A DNA stretch of 63,330 bases from Harriotta raleighana (Eukaryota), in NCBI GenBank assembly GCA_050575255.1, contig JBNZDD010013687.1:351694-415023 (forward strand), given 5' to 3'. This document shows, piece after piece, positions 58,617 to 63,330 of the stretch (the first letter of the stretch is position 1; each line of letters starts with the position of its first letter). A program made the position numbers and the translations under genes. The notes beneath the pieces were generated by a model. It was not told the DNA's origin. It worked only from the letters and a program-made list of their open reading frames with translations, and did no database searches.

Positions 58617-60574
58617 ATTCTACCATTATTTCATTTGCTACTTGATTCACATCACTAATTAAAATCAGATGGTCCATCTCAGCTGCATCTAACGTGGCTT
58701 TTATTAAAGCCATTAAATTAATTTCTGATGTGGTTCATCTGTTGCTTCAAATAATCTTGTATTGCCTTATCATTGTTAAAAGTGATGAGGAGAAATCACA
58801 GTTAGAAATTTACAGAGTAGCATTAAAGCCATACAGGCACTGTTCTGCTTTAACATCTGTAAGATTTTAGTCAATTTAAACCTTATCCGTTGTAAATTAG
58901 ATCTCGCCCACAAATATACAGTCAATTTATTTCACAGTATATTCTGTGAAGCTATTTGAGACATCTAGAAGATGTGAAAAGCACTATGTCAAATGCAAGG
59001 ATTATTATATTTATATTATGTAGATGTGACAATCCTTGTGACATGATTGTTCTTTGTACAATTTTGAAAAAGGACTTTTGGAAACAAGCTTTAAGGTAAG
59101 TGTCCAGAATGAGTGCTTGGGGTAATGGATATCAGTGAGTACGACGTCTGTTGTTCTGTAAGAGATTGGATTTGTTCCAAATGTTGAGCTCTGGTATAAA
59201 CATCTATAAATTCTGTATCCATTTCTGTTTATGAAAAGTGCGGCTTTGACTGTCTGTGGCTAACAGGTTAACATTGGGGGCATACAAGTAATCATGATGT
59301 TTGGCTTTGTCCAGTGCATTCTGGCAACATGAATTGGATGTAGGCTGGTGTTGAAAAGCTTTGTTGTATTTCTATTCACTCAGTGGTGGGAAGTATTTAT
59401 ACTATAACTGCTTCTGGGTTCCACAAGTTAAATTTTGTTAACCACAGTCAATGGCAGAGTTCAAACAAATGCAAGCTGTAATCAAATGCTTGTGGCTATT
59501 GGAAAAGATCAGGAAAACATATTGCATCTATTTGACCCACCAGCTATTGCTCTCAGAAAATTAAATGGATTGCTGCTATGATGTTATTCAAACCAGTTTT
59601 GACTTCTAGCAATGATGACAGATGATATTTTACTCAATTTAGGATTACTAAATTGTGCAAAAAAAACGTGATAGTGATTGTACCTTGCATCTGTGTGCCT
59701 AAATGTGGAATGGTGTTCTGTAGCATCTGTAAAAGATACATAGTCAGTCCACTTTACAGTACCTTCTGTGAAGCGCTTTGACACGTCTGGAAGCTATATC
59801 AAATGCAAGGATTCTTATTCTTCTATTCTGTGAATCATTTTGAGACATCTTGAAGACGTGATAAGGCACTATATCAAATGCAAGTATTATTCTTATCTAT
59901 TATTTGTCCCTCCCCCATTATTTCCCCTACCTCATCCCACTCTTTTCTACTTCCCCATAGCTCCCACACGCAAATTGGGTGCAAATCCTGGACTGTTCCA
60001 CCTCTCTAGGACATTGTTCTTATGTGAAAGGAGCTGTATATATATAAAAAAGTATTATTATTGTATTTATGCATTACATCTACAATAACAACACAATTAC
60101 ATTTATAAAGTACCTTTCACATCAGGAGGACGTCCCAAGGCTCTGTTTTGTTTGTTAGGCAATAATCTTATAGCTAAGACTATGAGAACTCTCAGGTGCT
60201 GGTGTATGCTGATATCCCTGAGCAGCAAAATGAGGTTTCAGGAAAACGAGAACGGAGCGTATTGCAGTGATCCTTGGAAGAGTAAAAAATATGTGAAGAC
60301 TGTGGTCAGCCTGGAAAATATTCATCACAGTTTTGTTGGAATATAGATAACAAACAAAATTACATTTGTATCATGATTTTCACATCGGGAGGGGTACATA
60401 TACCAATATAGAACTCCATGGATACATCAGATGAGCATGGTTACAAATCAGTGTTTAATTCTGAGAAGCATAAAGTTGTCTTAATACTCGGAATCAAAAA
60501 TGCATTATACAGTATAAGAGATTGTTTTATGTGTTTTCCATTAAACAATCACACTGTCCGTTAAAGACAGTATT

Positions 60575-60781
60575 TTTCTTTATTCCACATGCCTAATAAT
60601 AATACATCCCCAAAAAAACACAATAATAAAAATTGGTCATTTCAATTCACGACTGTTTGTGGGACACTGCTGTGCACAATGGCTGCCGGGTTTCTCCCAT
60701 AAATCAATTCACTTCACAGTATATTCTGTGAAGCGCTTTGAGACATTGATAAGATGTGAAAAACGCAAGGATTATTATTAT
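60575..60781 (+). mobile_element. tRNA-SINE body and tail
   Basis: ttattccacatgcctaataat...cacgactgtttgtgggacactgctgtgc...ggattattatta. Confidence 0.85.
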
Positions 60782-62009
60782 ATCTGAATAAGAAACCACA
60801 TTGATGTGACTGAACAACTTTGAATTCCTAAGTAAACTTTCTAGAAACATTGATGTTATAAAAGACACAGACACCAGAACATTTAAAAACAAAATGAGCC
60901 ACAGTCATTGTAAATCTTAGTTGCCAACAATTGGTGGTATATTACAGTGGCTGTATTATGTTGCTTTTCTACCGTTTCTTCATTTTATGTATAATCTTGC
61001 CAAGGGTTATACTTTTCTCCAAATTCACAACCCACATGAGAACAATTTTCAAGCCAGAGTATCAAAAGAGGAATTTACCTCGCTTTGATTTTGAATGTTT
61101 ATGTTGGCCACTATCCTTTACCTCACAGCTTTTATTATTTTTCTTCTAGAAGTCTGGGTTTCCTAGTTTCTACTGCATAAAATTCAATTTAATGCTGGTA
61201 ACCAAATACTGTACACAGAATTAAACAATGTATTGTCTAACAACACAACCCAAAATGGGTATTATTTATAATTTGTATTTATAATTTGTAATTATAATTT
61301 ATATTTATAATTTGTTGTCATCTAAATTAGTGTGACACACTTTTATTTCATACAGATTAAGGTGCCTCGATTATCTTTAGAAACTATGTGAAACATTAGT
61401 TAATATTATATTTATTTCAATCCACATGAAACACCAAAGCTAAACAATTCTACATACTGTACTACTCATTTCATCCTTGAAAATTCAAGAGATCCTCAAA
61501 TATGTGTCTTTGCATTTTAACTTTATCTGGTGAATAATGTAATGAGCATAGCAGTTCCTGCTATTTTTTTTCAGACTAGTGGTATCAATTTCAACTTTGA
61601 GATGGGATAAAGAATTTACTTCTTGAAGCTATTATTTTAAGTTTTTAACATTGTGTTAAATTGCTCAAATTGCTTTGCAGTCAGAACTTATCAAATCAGC
61701 AGTAGGTGTGCTCTGCAATTATCATCGTTGAATTAATCTTTCATCATTGATATTTTTGTGCTACACAACATAATTGATTGACATTAATATTTGGGGAATA
61801 TAATTTTTTAAGAAAACTGGGGTTTATGATAACATTATTGGAAATATGAAGCACGTAGAAAAAGAATGTTGCTTTCAATAAAACGAAGAACAGTCTGTGA
61901 ACATCGTGTTCAAATCTTCACATGGAGATGATTAAAATATTTTTATTGGCAAAGTGCATTATTATTTTTTTCATTTGGTGGCAGTCTATATAAATTGCAC
62001 TTGTGTCTA

Positions 62010-62540
62010 TGCATCCTGGGTGGGGCGAAACTGTTGATTGGCAGATCCTTTGGGATAATTAATTGTCCCAAAATTGTGGTCACTGCTGTGAGCAATTGGC
62101 TGCTGCATTTGCTCACAAAATATACAGTCAATTAAATTCACAATCTATTCTGTGAAGCTCTTTGAGATATCTCAAAAAAACGTGATAAGGTGCTATATTA
62201 AATGCAAGGAATATTATTATTATATTCACAGAATATAATAATAATAATCCTTGTATTTGATACAGCGCTTTTCACATCTTCTAGACATCTCAAAGCACTT
62301 CACACTAAAAATACTGTAAAGTGAATTGTCTAGATTTTGGGGGCGAAATGTGGCAGCCAATTGCGCACAGCAGTGTCCCACAAACAGTGGTGGATTGAAA
62401 TAACCAATTTATTATTTTGTTTAGGGATTATTGTTAGGTGTGTGGAGTAAGGAACCTTGCGCAAGGTTTCGCCCTGCCTGGAATTGAACACAGGTCTCTC
62501 GCTTGTAAGACGAGTGCTCTAATCTACAGAGCTATAGGAT
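62010..62540. mobile_element. Tail-to-tail SINE pair: + copy about 62010-62225, full-length minus copy 62236-62540
   Basis: ...ggaatattattattatattcacagaatataataataataatccttg... junction of two (ATT)n tails. Confidence 0.85.
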
Positions 62541-62990
62541 TAAAGATGATAAGTAGCCACTAAAGGGTTGCTTTATGAATATATTTAACTTTGTTTCAAT
62601 ATAGCACTCCACGTTTGTCTTACAAATTAATTGATTTGCCATTCTCATGCGCCACACCAGTCCTTGGGTGCGTGCAACACACTTCCAGATACCTCATGCT
62701 GTTCTTAACTGTTGAAGATGTGTGAGAGCAGTTTGGGATAATTCTCCTTCCCTGGATTAATGCATTTTACAACACCAACAACAACAAAATTGCATTTATA
62801 GAGAGCCTTTCATGTCGGGAGGATTTTGGTTGGTAACAATTGCTTTCAGTAACTCACCTTAACTTATCTATCAGTGGTTATGGTTGAATTTCTTCTATGA
62901 CTTTATATGTACTTATATTTTGAATTTGACTTATTTTAGTAGATGAGCAGGCATCTATACTGTAGTTGACCGTGTAAATTTGAGAGCATT

Positions 62991-63292
62991 ATAATAATAA
63001 CAATCCTTGCATTTGCTATAGCGCTTTTCACATCTTTTCGACGTCTCAAAGCGCTTCACAGAATATACTGTAAAGTGAATTGACTGGATATTTGTGGGCG
63101 AAATGGTGCAGCCAATTGCACACAGCAGTGTCCCACAAACAGTCGTGGATTGAAAATGACCAATTTTTATTATTGTGGTTTTATTGGGACGGATTATTAT
63201 TAGGCATGTGGAATAAGGAAACTTGCCCAAGGTTTCGCCCTGTGGATTCGAACACAGGTATCATGCTTGTAAGGCGAGTGCTCTAACCACAG
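62991..63292 (-). mobile_element. Full-length tRNA-SINE (low divergence)
   Basis: ataataataacaatccttgcatttg...gaaacttgcccaaggtttcgccc...aaggcgagtgctctaaccac. Confidence 0.92.
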
Positions 63293-63330
63293 GACCTACA
63301 TATTACGTCTTAACATGCATGAAGTTTGAT

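Noticed and set aside
60196-60270. Possible next FSIP1 exon after ctctcag
   Set aside because: The frame hits a stop after 24 codons and shows no similarity to the expected downstream FSIP1 block.

Overview
Eukaryotic (vertebrate) genomic DNA, not prokaryotic. The repeat content (a tRNA-headed SINE, L2 and CR1 LINE ends, DeuSINE relics, shark-type Penelope repeats) suggests a cartilaginous fish, probably a chimaera; this is inferred from recalled repeat consensus, not a database search. Two + strand genes can be built by hand with canonical GT-AG, phase-consistent junctions. GPR176 is complete (3 coding exons, 24966-39558, 549 aa orphan class A GPCR). FSIP1 has a probable non-coding exon 1 in a CpG island at about 44 kb and 9 coding exons (45172-57251), and appears to continue past the window. 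No exons were recognised in 1-24 kb. The rest is dense in nested retroelements (about 30 SINE copies, about 20 L2 ends, several CR1 pieces) plus a hAT MITE and two Tc1/mariner-type MITEs. The most unusual observations are: a fold-back Penelope-type element whose arms carry a minimal hammerhead-like ribozyme; modular SINE/L2 elements with different 3' tails; RFX X-boxes upstream of both genes; a CpG-preserved L2 copy inside the FSIP1 promoter; a canonical NPxxY in GPR176; two perfect 19-21 bp hairpins flanking GPR176; a decayed 28S rRNA peptidyl-transferase-centre fragment in an FSIP1 intron; and a poly(A)-tailed insertion with a target-site duplication. I found no convincing wholly new protein-coding system. 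Repeat boundaries are approximate (about 10-20 bp).
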